A DNA stretch of 63,526 nt, filler included, from Globobulimina sp. (taxonomy: Eukaryota): assembly GCA_003354225.1 (NCBI GenBank). It is 14 parts of 14 records of this genome, joined end to end, with 100 filler letters (N's around TTAATTAATTAA, not from the genome) between each part and the next. Parts side by side here need not be neighbours in the genome. Positions count along the whole stretch, not along the records: positions 1 to 4,450 come from PIVH01001231.1; positions 4,551 to 8,998 come from PIVH01001232.1; positions 9,099 to 13,544 come from PIVH01001233.1; 11 more parts are not named here. One strand, given 5' to 3'. Below the pieces are notes generated by a model. It had not been told where the DNA came from and did not search any database. It saw only the letters and a list, made by a program, of their open reading frames with translations. Positions 1 through 9,504 of this stretch are shown here, piece by piece. The first letter of the stretch is position 1, and every line of letters begins with the position of its first letter. The position numbers were made by a program, and so were the translations under genes.

Positions 1-306
1 TATAAAAAGCAAATTAAATATTGGTAAGAAAAAAAAAAAAAAGAAAAACGCATCCGATATATTCAAAATGAAAGTTTTCCAATCAAAGTCACACAGTGTT
101 GGTAATTCGCAACCAATCAAAAAATTATTAAATCTACGTCATTCCACTATGTCTGGTCCCCCTGTCACCAACGGTAAAAACATCAATCTGTAGCTACTAA
201 GTGGTTTTCACTCAAAAGTTTTTTTGAGTGAGTCACTTTGAAAATGGTCAATGTTTACACACACACTTTCTGAGTCAATGATATATTTTTTTTTGTGTTG
301 TAAGAA

Positions 307-3300
307 ATGTCGGAGCTACATCGAGGACGAACTAAGCGAAGATTTTCCGAAATCACATCCAAAAAAAAACCTACCTCACAATCACCGTTTGCAGCATTAT
401 CCAATCCAGGAAAATACGGCAAAAAAAAGAAAAAAAGAGTGCCTCAAACGCCACCACCAAGAAAAAACGCATTGTTATCCTTATCATATATATCTGCCAT
501 AGCCAATAAAAGCAAGTCATTAACGCCTCAATTTTTGCCCAAAACAAAACCATTGACACCAAAGCACAAAAAAACAAAAAAAACCCGCTCGCGCAGCCCG
601 TTGAACCTGTTGTTAGGTGGCAGAAAAAAGCAAATTAAAACTGAGAAAAAGCTAAACAATTCGCTAAAAAATCCCAGTCTGAGCTTGGAAACAGAAGATA
701 TTGACATTGTGTTACGTGAACAAGCAGAATATTACAGCGATGACGAAATAAATTCATTTAACAAACATGAAAAATTATTATTTTTACCAGCAAATCGAAG
801 TTTATCGCTATCGCAAATCGAGCGCTTCAAACCCAAACGGCGGAGATCTTTCAGTGAGGATGATATAAAATACACATATATAAAAAACCGCAACTCAGAA
901 AAAACCGACAACGCCGATACCAAATCTGTGACAAATTTGAATCTCAACAATGACAATTTCGATGAAAATTTGTTGCCAGATGAAGATGAAAATGACGAGT
1001 ATGTGTTGAAAGAATTGGAGTTCGACATCGGTGCGTTTAAAGAGATGGACCTTGACATTGACATTGCGACTGAAGCCAACGAGACTGAGTCGACGATAAT
1101 TAATGTGATTGAGGATGACGACGACAGCGACGAAACGGGCACCTTATTGAATGCCACCATGATTGACTATGACGAGAATGTAATGTCAGACGAGGACACT
1201 ATGGATATTAATGCGCGAAACACCGCAGAGACTGAGACGGAGTCATTGGTGGTGGCGGCGCCGTTGCACAAAGACAAGGACGGCACGATCATAGTCAGTG
1301 AGCCGGCGGGGTCTGCGCCGCCCATACAACACGACATCATGATGGCGAATAATAACAAGCAGCGATCTTTCCATTGCTCGCTGTCGCAAATCAACCGAAA
1401 CGGATTACTGAATGGCGAGTTTGACGCAGTTCAAACAGATTGGAATGAGGCTGCCATTTCGGATTCGTTGGGAAATTTAGAAAAGCAGCTTGAAAGTGAG
1501 GGAGATGAAAAGACAAAACGCAGAAACTCGATGGAGAATGAAACAGAAACGGATGTTTTCGACAATAATGGCAGCACCAAACCCGGCTTGTTTTCGGATG
1601 GCGAGTCTGATGAATATGGCAATATGAATGGAAATGCTAGCAGCAAACAGTCCAATTCGTCGATGGACCGCTCCTTTGGTGAGATTGTAGTCAGCCATCC
1701 CTTGGCCGAGGAAGCGAATGTCGGCGTATCTGCGGCTGAGACGACATCGTGCGACGATATGGACATTGAGAACCAACGCAGACGCAAACGAAGTAAACGC
1801 GGCCAGCGGCCAAATACAATGATCTCTGGCTTCACGCCGCATTTTTTAGCAAACATCCACAATATTTGCGAGATTGAGGAGAAAGAGAATAAGGCGCTGT
1901 GGAAGCAGATCATGAAAGACGTAAATCGCACCTTTCAATATCGAGATTTTTTCCGCAAGAAAGAGACGCGATATTCGCTGGGCAATTTGTTGTATATTTG
2001 GAGCAGAATCAACCACAAAATCGGATATTTGCAAGGAATGCACGACTTGGCGAGCATTATTACGATGGCCATCTATTTCGATTACAAAATCTATAATGTC
2101 GACGAGGACAATGAGGACAATGCGACCTTGCAAGAATTGTTGGATCCGAAGTATTTGGAGCATGACATCTATTGCATCTATTCCGCTTTGCTGCAATTAA
2201 CAGTCAAGTTTTTTGAGCAGGCGGTGGCGCCGGAAAAAGAGCCGGAAAATGCAGAGGAAGACAAGGAAGAGGAAGAGGACAACAAATCGCATCTAAACCG
2301 CGGTCTCTTTGATTCCGGCTCGAACTGCTCATTGTACTTAAAATTGCATTATTTGCACCACAAATTGCTGAAACACTTCGATCTGACATTGTATACTCAC
2401 TTTGAGGCAATTGGGCTGTCGCCGCAGTTGTATATGTTGCGGTGGATTCGGGTGCTCTTTTCGAGGGAATTCTATTTGGACCAAATCCTGCAACTTTGGG
2501 ACGAATTGTTTGTGTCTGAGAACCTCATCGAATTCATCGACTACATCGTGATGGCGATGATAAATAATGTGCGCAATGACTTGCTGTTGACGTCGGACAT
2601 GACAATCATTGCCATCCTGCAAAACTACCCCAAGAAAGGCAGCGACATCGCCGCTTTGGCCTCGATTGCGAGGGACATTCAATTGGGAGAGATCCGGTTC
2701 GATTTTGTGTCGTCCAACAAAGAGTTGTATAGCGACATCAAATCGGTGGAAAAGATGCGAGATTATTACCAGGAATCGATGTGGTTATTCAATAAAGACA
2801 TCAATGATTACGAAAGCTTCCCGCCACCGGCCGCCACGGCGACGGCCAACACTCAGATCGCAAACGAAACGGACCATAATTACTATCACTTTCTGAATGG
2901 AGCCGATATTCGGATCCCCGGCTTTGGAGAGATTACGCCGACACAAAAATATTTGGTCAAGAAAATCATCGACAACCATTATGGCCGCAACATTGACGCA
3001 ATGCACCGCAAATACATTCGAATGGGCTATTTGGTGAAAAGAGGGAGCGGCGATCAGTCCATTTTTGCGAGAAGGAACTTGAAAATAAGGTGGTTTGTCA
3101 TCGACGAGAATCAGAAAATGTGCTATTATAAAAACAAAAAAGCTTATCTCAAAAAGGAAGAGGCGCTGCGGACTCCCATCAAATTGAAAGGAAGGGCCAT
3201 TCGCGTGGTGCAATCCAAGTATCTTTGCTTTGAAATCTCTGGCATCAATGTGTCGAAGAGAGCGTATCTGTTATTTGCCAAAGACTTTACTGATTTTGTG

Positions 3301-3357
3301 TTGTGGCTGCATACTTTGATGTGGTGCGCCGATAAATCTTTGTATGAAGCCATCTAA
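307..3357 (+). CDS. Rab GTPase-activating protein: long acidic/basic disordered N-terminus, TBC domain, C-terminal PH domain
   Basis: TBC motifs IMKDVNRT (Arg finger), GYLQGMHDL (Gln finger) and LRWIRVLFSREF..LQLWD. PH-like end GYLVKRG..RWFV...RAYLLFA..DFVLWL. Intronless 1016-aa ORF. Confidence 0.9.
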   Translation: MSELHRGRTKRRFSEITSKKKPTSQSPFAALSNPGKYGKKKKKRVPQTPPPRKNALLSLSYISAIANKSKSLTPQFLPKTKPLTPKHKKTKKTRSRSPLNLLLGGRKKQIKTEKKLNNSLKNPSLSLETEDIDIVLREQAEYYSDDEINSFNKHEKLLFLPANRSLSLSQIERFKPKRRRSFSEDDIKYTYIKNRNSEKTDNADTKSVTNLNLNNDNFDENLLPDEDENDEYVLKELEFDIGAFKEMDLDIDIATEANETESTIINVIEDDDDSDETGTLLNATMIDYDENVMSDEDTMDINARNTAETETESLVVAAPLHKDKDGTIIVSEPAGSAPPIQHDIMMANNNKQRSFHCSLSQINRNGLLNGEFDAVQTDWNEAAISDSLGNLEKQLESEGDEKTKRRNSMENETETDVFDNNGSTKPGLFSDGESDEYGNMNGNASSKQSNSSMDRSFGEIVVSHPLAEEANVGVSAAETTSCDDMDIENQRRRKRSKRGQRPNTMISGFTPHFLANIHNICEIEEKENKALWKQIMKDVNRTFQYRDFFRKKETRYSLGNLLYIWSRINHKIGYLQGMHDLASIITMAIYFDYKIYNVDEDNEDNATLQELLDPKYLEHDIYCIYSALLQLTVKFFEQAVAPEKEPENAEEDKEEEEDNKSHLNRGLFDSGSNCSLYLKLHYLHHKLLKHFDLTLYTHFEAIGLSPQLYMLRWIRVLFSREFYLDQILQLWDELFVSENLIEFIDYIVMAMINNVRNDLLLTSDMTIIAILQNYPKKGSDIAALASIARDIQLGEIRFDFVSSNKELYSDIKSVEKMRDYYQESMWLFNKDINDYESFPPPAATATANTQIANETDHNYYHFLNGADIRIPGFGEITPTQKYLVKKIIDNHYGRNIDAMHRKYIRMGYLVKRGSGDQSIFARRNLKIRWFVIDENQKMCYYKNKKAYLKKEEALRTPIKLKGRAIRVVQSKYLCFEISGINVSKRAYLLFAKDFTDFVLWLHTLMWCADKSLYEAI

Positions 3358-3399
3358 AATCTAAATAACAAATTACAGTTTTTTTTTAAGCTTTTGGTC

Positions 3400-4450
3400 A
3401 TGTCTTCTTCTTTGGACTTTGTTGTGTCATTCTCGGTGCATTCCTTATGTCTGATTGCGATGACAGTCATCATGGCCCATTTCTTTGTGAAAATGAGGAA
3501 GCCAAGTCGCCAAATCTCCAAACCACTGAAATTTGCAGCGGTTTCAGTATTGTCATTTGCGTGGATTGCAATCGCCTGTGACGTAGCCATCAATATTTTG
3601 GACTTGCTCTCTTTGAATCATTTTGCTGCTTATTGCTACTCCATTTATTGCATGAGATACATTCGGATGATATTGTTCGAGATGGTGTTATCCGTATTTT
3701 GGATCATTCGGTTAACGCACACCTTCAAATACAGTGCCTTAGCAATAAAACTGAAAATATTCATATTCATATTCGTTTTAATTCTCATTGTCTCGGCTGC
3801 CTTGTCTCTTTTCTTTATTCTTTTGTTGACAGATTTGGAGCATGCAAATATATATCACACCGAGCTGCACTTGGCAGCGATGCCAGCAAACGCACATTCT
3901 TGCTCTATTGAGTGGAATGCTTACATTTTGTATTTATTATTGGCATCACAAATATTAATCTTAATCCAAAACATCGGATTTACGGCGTTATTCTGGAAAC
4001 AATTACGTTCGTTGCATGCAATTGTAATCAATTCCGGCGATGTGAGCGGCCAAAGCGGTCAACGAATCCGACGAATATATCAATTACAGCAAAAACACAC
4101 TTTATTGGCAACCATACCAATATTACTGACCTTTATTATTTATATTTTATTTGATCTCTCTAATTTTTATGGCTATTTTTCATTATATTTCTTAACAAAT
4201 ATCGATTGCATCAGCAAGGCACTGTGCATGTTGTTATTTTTCAAATTTTATCAACGAAGGTTTGGCCAAATTTGTTGCTGTTGCATTAAATGCATTGGCT
4301 ATGCAAATGATGAATTATTTCCTTATTTCGATCCCAAACAAAAAATAAATATTAAAAAACAAAAGCCGGACTATGTGTGGGATACAATTTATTATTTGAA
4401 TGCAATTAAAGCCGGACTATGTGTGGGATACAAGAAATCGAGCATACCTT
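3400..4450 (+). CDS. Seven-transmembrane, GPCR-like membrane protein (runs to contig end)
   Basis: About 7 hydrophobic segments with a Cys cluster (ICCCCIKC) after the last helix. ATG at 3400. The ORF-track extension into the Ns is artefactual. Confidence 0.6.
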
Positions 4451-4550
4451 NNNNNNNNNNNNNNNNNNNNNNNNNNNNNNNNNNNNNNNNNNNNTTAATT
4501 AATTAANNNNNNNNNNNNNNNNNNNNNNNNNNNNNNNNNNNNNNNNNNNN
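4451..4550. other. Artificial contig linker (44 N + TTAATTAATTAA + 44 N); first of 13
   Basis: Identical linkers at 8999-9098, 13545-13644, 18091-18190, 22637-22736, 27182-27281, 31727-31826, 36271-36370, 40815-40914, 45359-45458, 49902-50001, 54444-54543 and 58986-59085. TTAATTAATTAA gives stops in all six frames. Contig lengths never increase, running from 4450 to 4441. Confidence 0.99.
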
Positions 4551-4669
4551 CCCCGGATTGTGCACCTGCAACCTATGAATAATGTATACGCTTATGGCGC
4601 CATGCAAAGCTAGTACAATAAGGCAAAAAGCATGCACAGGTGCAGAACCCCTGTGGGAAGACATACTAC
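4551..4669 (-). repeat. 3' LTR, truncated by contig edge
   Basis: Exact copy of 8880-8998, immediately downstream of the PPT on the minus strand. Confidence 0.85.
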
Positions 4670-4682
4670 CACCTTTCCCCCC
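4669..4682 (-). promoter_or_regulatory. Polypurine tract GGGGGGAAAGGTGG
   Basis: Purine run between the pol stop (4697) and the 3' LTR. Confidence 0.8.
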
Positions 4683-4696
4683 AAAGAAAGTAAAAG

Positions 4697-7600
4697 TTAT
4701 GGGGATGGTGAGAAACGAACAGGCGGTTGACCTAAATTTGGCCGATTTGAACGGCGTGGTGTAATAAGTACAGGACCAGGATCAGGTTCAACGTCAATAG
4801 TAGTCCATTGGTCCTCAGGGTCATAATAGCGCTTTAAGCGGCGCGCGCTCCAAGTCTGACCATCAGACAAGCGATAAGTATAGCGACCCAAAACGTCAAC
4901 CACCTGGAGTGGTGCAGAAAACGGCGACCTGCCTTTACGCACATGCGGCAGTCGAACTAGAACGCGATCACCCTTTTTGAATCGACCCCTCGGATGGGTA
5001 GGTGATAACGAAGGCGCGGGAAGCACAGCGGCAGTTTCCGCAGCAGGCATGGCAGGGCGTAAAACCGGCTGGTAATTTAAGCGCATCGCACGACCAAAAA
5101 ATAATTCAGAGGGACTCTTGGTTCCAGGCAAAGCAGGCGTGGCGCGGAATTGAAACAGAAGTTCGCGGATACCCTCTTCCCAGGGCGTGCGAGCAGCTTC
5201 AAAAGCTTGGACTCCATGTTTCAATGTTCGATTGAAAACTTCCACAACAGCATTCTCTTGTGGATTATAGACAGCTGTGCGGAGGTGTCGAATGTCGCGT
5301 TCACTCAGAAAAGTAGTGAACTCATGGCTGACAAACTGGGGACCATTGTCACTGACCAGTTCAGCCGGATTGCCATAGCGAGCAAAAAGCTCAGAGAGCC
5401 AACGAATGATGCGAGCAGAGGTCGTGGTACCTGTAAGTAACACCTCTGGAAAACGCGAGTGGTGGTCAATAACCACGACCACATAATTTTGATGCATAGG
5501 CGCGACATCAAATGGACCAGATATATCAATCCCGATCCGTTGCCAAGGCTCAGTAGGTGGCGTGATGCGCGTAGCGGGCATAGCGGCAGGTGGCGCGGAC
5601 TTGGCACTTGCCTGACATGGGGCACAATGTCTGACCATGTGTTCCACATCTCTGTCCATACCAGGCCACCAAAACGTAAGGCGCATTTGACGCTTCATAC
5701 GCACGATTCCCGGGTGACCAGCATGTGCAAGTTGTAATAAATTTTTGCGAATTGAAGCTGGTACCACAATGCGATCGTCCTCTCTTGTCAAAAAACCATC
5801 TTCAAGAGAGATAGCATCACGAATACTAAAGTAGGGAAGTAGTTCCGCAGGGCAGGCGCGTTTAGAAGGCCACCCAGCACGCACATAATGAGCAAGCTTC
5901 TGTTGTAAAGCGTCTGATGCATGAGCATCACGAATAGCAGAAAGAGGTAAACCATGTGAAGTAACGCGTTTAATAATGAGCTCATCTGGCGTGTCCTTAA
6001 TAGCAAGATCAGTAGCTTTAAGCGACAAACGCGACAATGCATCAGCAACATGATTTTCAGAACCTTTTCGATACACTGGTGTATAATCGAAAATAGATAG
6101 ACGCTCAGACCAGCGAACATACTTGCTTGATTTGCGCTGATCTGTACAAGGAGTAGTAAGCAATTTTTGCAGAGAAGAATGATCCGTGCGCAAATAAAAA
6201 TGACGCCCAAGTAAATACTTTTCAAAGTATTCGCACGACCAAACGCCAGCTAAATATTCAGTTTCACCAACTGAATAATTGCGTTCTCTAGGTTGCAATG
6301 TATGTGACGCAAAAGCAATAGGCACTTCGCGGCCATTTTGTACTTGACTAAGTACAGCGCCAATCCCCACATCGGAGGCATCAGCAGATACATAAGTTTC
6401 GTCACAATTAGGGTCAAAAACGTAAACCCGAAGCTTGTCAGCGACCAAGCGTTTCAATGTATCAAAAGATTGCTGACATGATTTGTCCCAAACAAACCGC
6501 ACGTTTTTTCGCGTTAGCCTACGCAGTGGCTCAGTATGTGTAGCGAGATTGGCCAAAAAATCACCATAATAATTGACCATACCAAGAAAGCTAAGCACCT
6601 GTTTCTTAGTAGTAGGGCGCGGCGCGCTCACAATAGGCTCAATATTCTTTGGGTCTGGCTCAATGCCATCAGCAGAAATAGTATGACCTAAGAATGTAAT
6701 TTTGCTGCTGCCAAAAACACATTTAGCTAGATTAAGCCGAAAATCTTTCGCAGCCAAACGTTCCAGCACAGCACGTAAATTTTTATCATGCTCCTCTTTG
6801 TCCCGTCCGAAAACAACAATATCGTCTATATACGGGAGAGCACCTGTACAGCCTGCGAGAGTTTGCGCTATAAGACGCTGGCAAACGGCGGCAGAGTCCT
6901 TTAGACCCATAGGAAGTCTTTTATAGCGACGCAGACCTTGATGAGTAAGTGTGGCAGTTAAATCGCGACTTGATGCTGCAAGCAAAATACCGAAAAATGC
7001 CTTGAGCATATCAAGTTTAGAATAAACAGTCGCGCCTTTTAACTCCAAGAATAATTCCTTGATATTTGGCAGCGGATACCTGTCTGGTATGACAAACTGA
7101 TTAAGAGGTGACAAATCAGTGGTTATACGGTAAGTGCCATTTGGCTTAGGGACCGTAACCATCTGATGTTGCCATTCAGCTTTGTCCACAGGCTCCCAAA
7201 TATCATTTTCATCCAATATTTGCACTTCGCGCGCAACTGCATCGCGGCGAGCAAGCGGAACTGGGCGCATCTTTTTAGCAGAAGGCACCGCATTATCAGA
7301 AAGTTTAATAGTGTGCTCGTAGTCCGGAAAACAACCCATTTTTTCCGACAACAACACTGGAAATTCTTCAGAAATGAGACGCTCGTAATCAGTTTTGACC
7401 AGTTTAATCTCAGGCGCTGCGGAGCTGTAGGAAAGCAATTGCATAGGCACTATGAGATTCTTACCTATCACTGGCGAGCACTGGTCATTTGTAACATAAA
7501 TCCTGACATGTTGAGAGCGGCCTCTAATGGTAACTTTAGCACTGAAATGGCCTAGGATACCGGAAATAGGCGAACCATCAAAATTACACAATGGTTCCCT

Positions 7601-8698
7601 AATCTTTTTAAGCAGCTTGTCAGAAAAGTGCTTATCATAAATAGAATGGGTAACAGTAGTGGTGTCCGAGCCGCAATCTAACTCAGATCCAATGCGAACA
7701 AAACCTTTGCTGCTCTGTACATACATAGGGCAAGCAAAATCTGCAATTGGTTTAGTATTGGACACCTTTTTAATGACACGAGGCTGGCGAACTGCTTTAA
7801 CGTTTTTATGCGAGCCTTTACCAGAGGCCGAGCCTGACTGCTCATTTTTCTGTCTGCAACAGCGCGCATAATGACCTTTCTGACCGCAAAAATCGCAAAT
7901 AGCATCGCGAGCAGGACACTCTGCTGAATTGGCCAAATGGTCAGTTTTACCACAGCGGAAGCAGGACTTAGATTGACTAATCGACGCAGAACCAGAACCA
8001 CCACGGGCCTGACCTTTAGAATTAGAATTATTAGGTCGGTTGCCTGGTCGCTTACCTCCCTTGGTTTTAGAATAAGAATTATTAGTAGTATGTGCAGCTC
8101 CCACTTTAGGTGTCAAAGACAATGATGACATTTCAGAATAATCAATACTGGCAGATTCATGAGAACGAACAATTGTCAAAAATGTATTTAGATCTAATTC
8201 ATTTTCTTTCAAAAGTGCTTTCTTGGCGTCCGAATGTCGACAACCAACAGCTAATTGTGTCGCTAATTGTTCGTTTTCTTGTACTCCAAATTGACAATCC
8301 ACGGCCAAAGATCGAAGTTCTGTCAGAAATTCCTCTACAGTTTCATGTGATCCTTGTTTGCGTAAATGGAAGTCATTTCGAGCACGAACTTTGCTGACGG
8401 GTTTATGGAAATAAGCAGTAACCGCAGCACTAAAATCTGCATAGGTAGTTGTGGTAATAGCAGCTATAATTGGTTGATTTGCAAACTGACGACCACCTTC
8501 TTCGCCCAACAATTGAAATAAGTAACGATTTTTTCTAACATCCGGCATTTGTTGACCAGCAGGTAATGCATCCTCTGTCAGTGCCAGAAAGTTGGTAAAT
8601 CGATGAAACCATGGCCGAAAGGCAGGTTGAACTTCCGTAGGAGAGTCCCAATAGGAACGAATTTGATTCAAACGGACTGAAGGAGCTTCATGGGCCAT
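4697..8698 (-). CDS. Gag-Pol polyprotein (two CCHC knuckles, aspartic protease, RT, RNase H, integrase)
   Basis: CFRCGKTDHLANSAEC and CDFCGQKGHYARCC; protease LDCGS; RT LPMGL..YIDD; RNase H ADASDVGIGAVL; integrase HAGH..CAPC, GIDISGPF, SDNGPQF, ENAVVEVFN. 1333 aa, no stops. Confidence 0.96.
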   Translation of the reverse strand: MAHEAPSVRLNQIRSYWDSPTEVQPAFRPWFHRFTNFLALTEDALPAGQQMPDVRKNRYLFQLLGEEGGRQFANQPIIAAITTTTYADFSAAVTAYFHKPVSKVRARNDFHLRKQGSHETVEEFLTELRSLAVDCQFGVQENEQLATQLAVGCRHSDAKKALLKENELDLNTFLTIVRSHESASIDYSEMSSLSLTPKVGAAHTTNNSYSKTKGGKRPGNRPNNSNSKGQARGGSGSASISQSKSCFRCGKTDHLANSAECPARDAICDFCGQKGHYARCCRQKNEQSGSASGKGSHKNVKAVRQPRVIKKVSNTKPIADFACPMYVQSSKGFVRIGSELDCGSDTTTVTHSIYDKHFSDKLLKKIREPLCNFDGSPISGILGHFSAKVTIRGRSQHVRIYVTNDQCSPVIGKNLIVPMQLLSYSSAAPEIKLVKTDYERLISEEFPVLLSEKMGCFPDYEHTIKLSDNAVPSAKKMRPVPLARRDAVAREVQILDENDIWEPVDKAEWQHQMVTVPKPNGTYRITTDLSPLNQFVIPDRYPLPNIKELFLELKGATVYSKLDMLKAFFGILLAASSRDLTATLTHQGLRRYKRLPMGLKDSAAVCQRLIAQTLAGCTGALPYIDDIVVFGRDKEEHDKNLRAVLERLAAKDFRLNLAKCVFGSSKITFLGHTISADGIEPDPKNIEPIVSAPRPTTKKQVLSFLGMVNYYGDFLANLATHTEPLRRLTRKNVRFVWDKSCQQSFDTLKRLVADKLRVYVFDPNCDETYVSADASDVGIGAVLSQVQNGREVPIAFASHTLQPRERNYSVGETEYLAGVWSCEYFEKYLLGRHFYLRTDHSSLQKLLTTPCTDQRKSSKYVRWSERLSIFDYTPVYRKGSENHVADALSRLSLKATDLAIKDTPDELIIKRVTSHGLPLSAIRDAHASDALQQKLAHYVRAGWPSKRACPAELLPYFSIRDAISLEDGFLTREDDRIVVPASIRKNLLQLAHAGHPGIVRMKRQMRLTFWWPGMDRDVEHMVRHCAPCQASAKSAPPAAMPATRITPPTEPWQRIGIDISGPFDVAPMHQNYVVVVIDHHSRFPEVLLTGTTTSARIIRWLSELFARYGNPAELVSDNGPQFVSHEFTTFLSERDIRHLRTAVYNPQENAVVEVFNRTLKHGVQAFEAARTPWEEGIRELLFQFRATPALPGTKSPSELFFGRAMRLNYQPVLRPAMPAAETAAVLPAPSLSPTHPRGRFKKGDRVLVRLPHVRKGRSPFSAPLQVVDVLGRYTYRLSDGQTWSARRLKRYYDPEDQWTTIDVEPDPGPVLITPRRSNRPNLGQPPVRFSPSP

Positions 8699-8723
8699 CC
8701 TTCAACAATTGAGAGAGTTCAAA

Positions 8724-8741
8724 TCAGCACCAGCGTCGCCA
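8724..8741 (-). promoter_or_regulatory. Primer-binding site TGGCGACGCTGGTGCTGA
   Basis: Begins with TGG (complement of tRNA CCA) 1 nt inside the 5' LTR. Confidence 0.75.
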
Positions 8742-8742
8742 A

Positions 8743-8998
8743 TAGTATGTTGGTGGCGATTGTATGTGAAGTGGTCTTATTAGAATATAAGCTTTAATTA
8801 CACTTAGACCAATTATACTGTAAGTAAAATACACGTCCGCTCAAAGGACTGAGATACCGACAACTGAAGATAAACTAAACCCCGGATTGTGCACCTGCAA
8901 CCTATGAATAATGTATACGCTTATGGCGCCATGCAAAGCTAGTACAATAAGGCAAAAAGCATGCACAGGTGCAGAACCCCTGTGGGAAGACATACTAC
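8743..8998 (-). repeat. 5' LTR (~256 bp)
   Basis: Lies between the PBS and the contig end. Its outer 119 bp are identical to 4551-4669. Bounded by an 8-bp inverted repeat TAGTATGT/ACATACTA. Confidence 0.8.
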
Positions 8999-9099
8999 NN
9001 NNNNNNNNNNNNNNNNNNNNNNNNNNNNNNNNNNNNNNNNNNTTAATTAATTAANNNNNNNNNNNNNNNNNNNNNNNNNNNNNNNNNNNNNNNNNNNNG

Positions 9100-9453
9100 C
9101 AATTAAAAAATGCGCTTATTGGTAACATTAAGGATATGGATCAACAGAATGGTATTATTACCCATTGGGTTTCGGAGAGATTAATTGATCATTTTTATTA
9201 TACGTGTAATAATTTAAAGTGTGTGTTATGTATGGAGACAGTGCCAGATTTTATGAAAATGGATGGGAATGAAATTATTAAAATGAATTATCCAAATAAA
9301 AATATTGTGTCTGATCATTTACCAATTGCTGCAATGTTTGAAATAGGAAATAATGCCATACAAAGTGAAATGGATAGTAATGATAAAAGAAAATTTGATA
9401 CGGTTGATGAATATGATGAACCTGCACAAAAGAAACGTAAATTAAACAGCTAA
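9100..9453 (+). CDS. C-terminal fragment of an endonuclease/exonuclease/phosphatase (CCR4/nocturnin-like) protein
   Basis: LIDHFYY and YPN..VSDHLPI motifs. Frame is open from the contig start. Confidence 0.75.
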   Translation, partial: QLKNALIGNIKDMDQQNGIITHWVSERLIDHFYYTCNNLKCVLCMETVPDFMKMDGNEIIKMNYPNKNIVSDHLPIAAMFEIGNNAIQSEMDSNDKRKFDTVDEYDEPAQKKRKLNS

Positions 9454-9504
9454 AAGAGTTTTTCATGTCATAGTTTTCCAGTTCTTCCAACAAACTTTAT
9501 AACA

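Larger units (their letters stand above)
4551..8998 (-). mobile_element. Ty3/Gypsy LTR retrotransposon, near full length (Mag/K02A2.6-like architecture)
   Basis: Single gag-pol ORF with order PR-RT-RH-IN. Identical 119-bp direct repeat at both contig ends (4551-4669 = 8880-8998). PBS and PPT in the expected positions. Confidence 0.95.

Noticed and set aside
4362-4433. Mini CRISPR (26-bp repeat, 20-bp spacer)
   Set aside because: Only two copies, inside a eukaryotic CDS, with no cas genes.
4451-4550. Regularly spaced TTAATTAATTAA motif, and ORFs containing X runs or ending LIN
   Set aside because: This is an artificial linker between length-sorted contigs. No synteny or operon inference can cross it.
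4551-8998. Identical 119-bp ends read as an extrachromosomal circle or as proof of identical, very young LTRs
   Set aside because: An exact end overlap is what an assembler produces when two LTRs collapse into a loop, so it cannot date the insertion.
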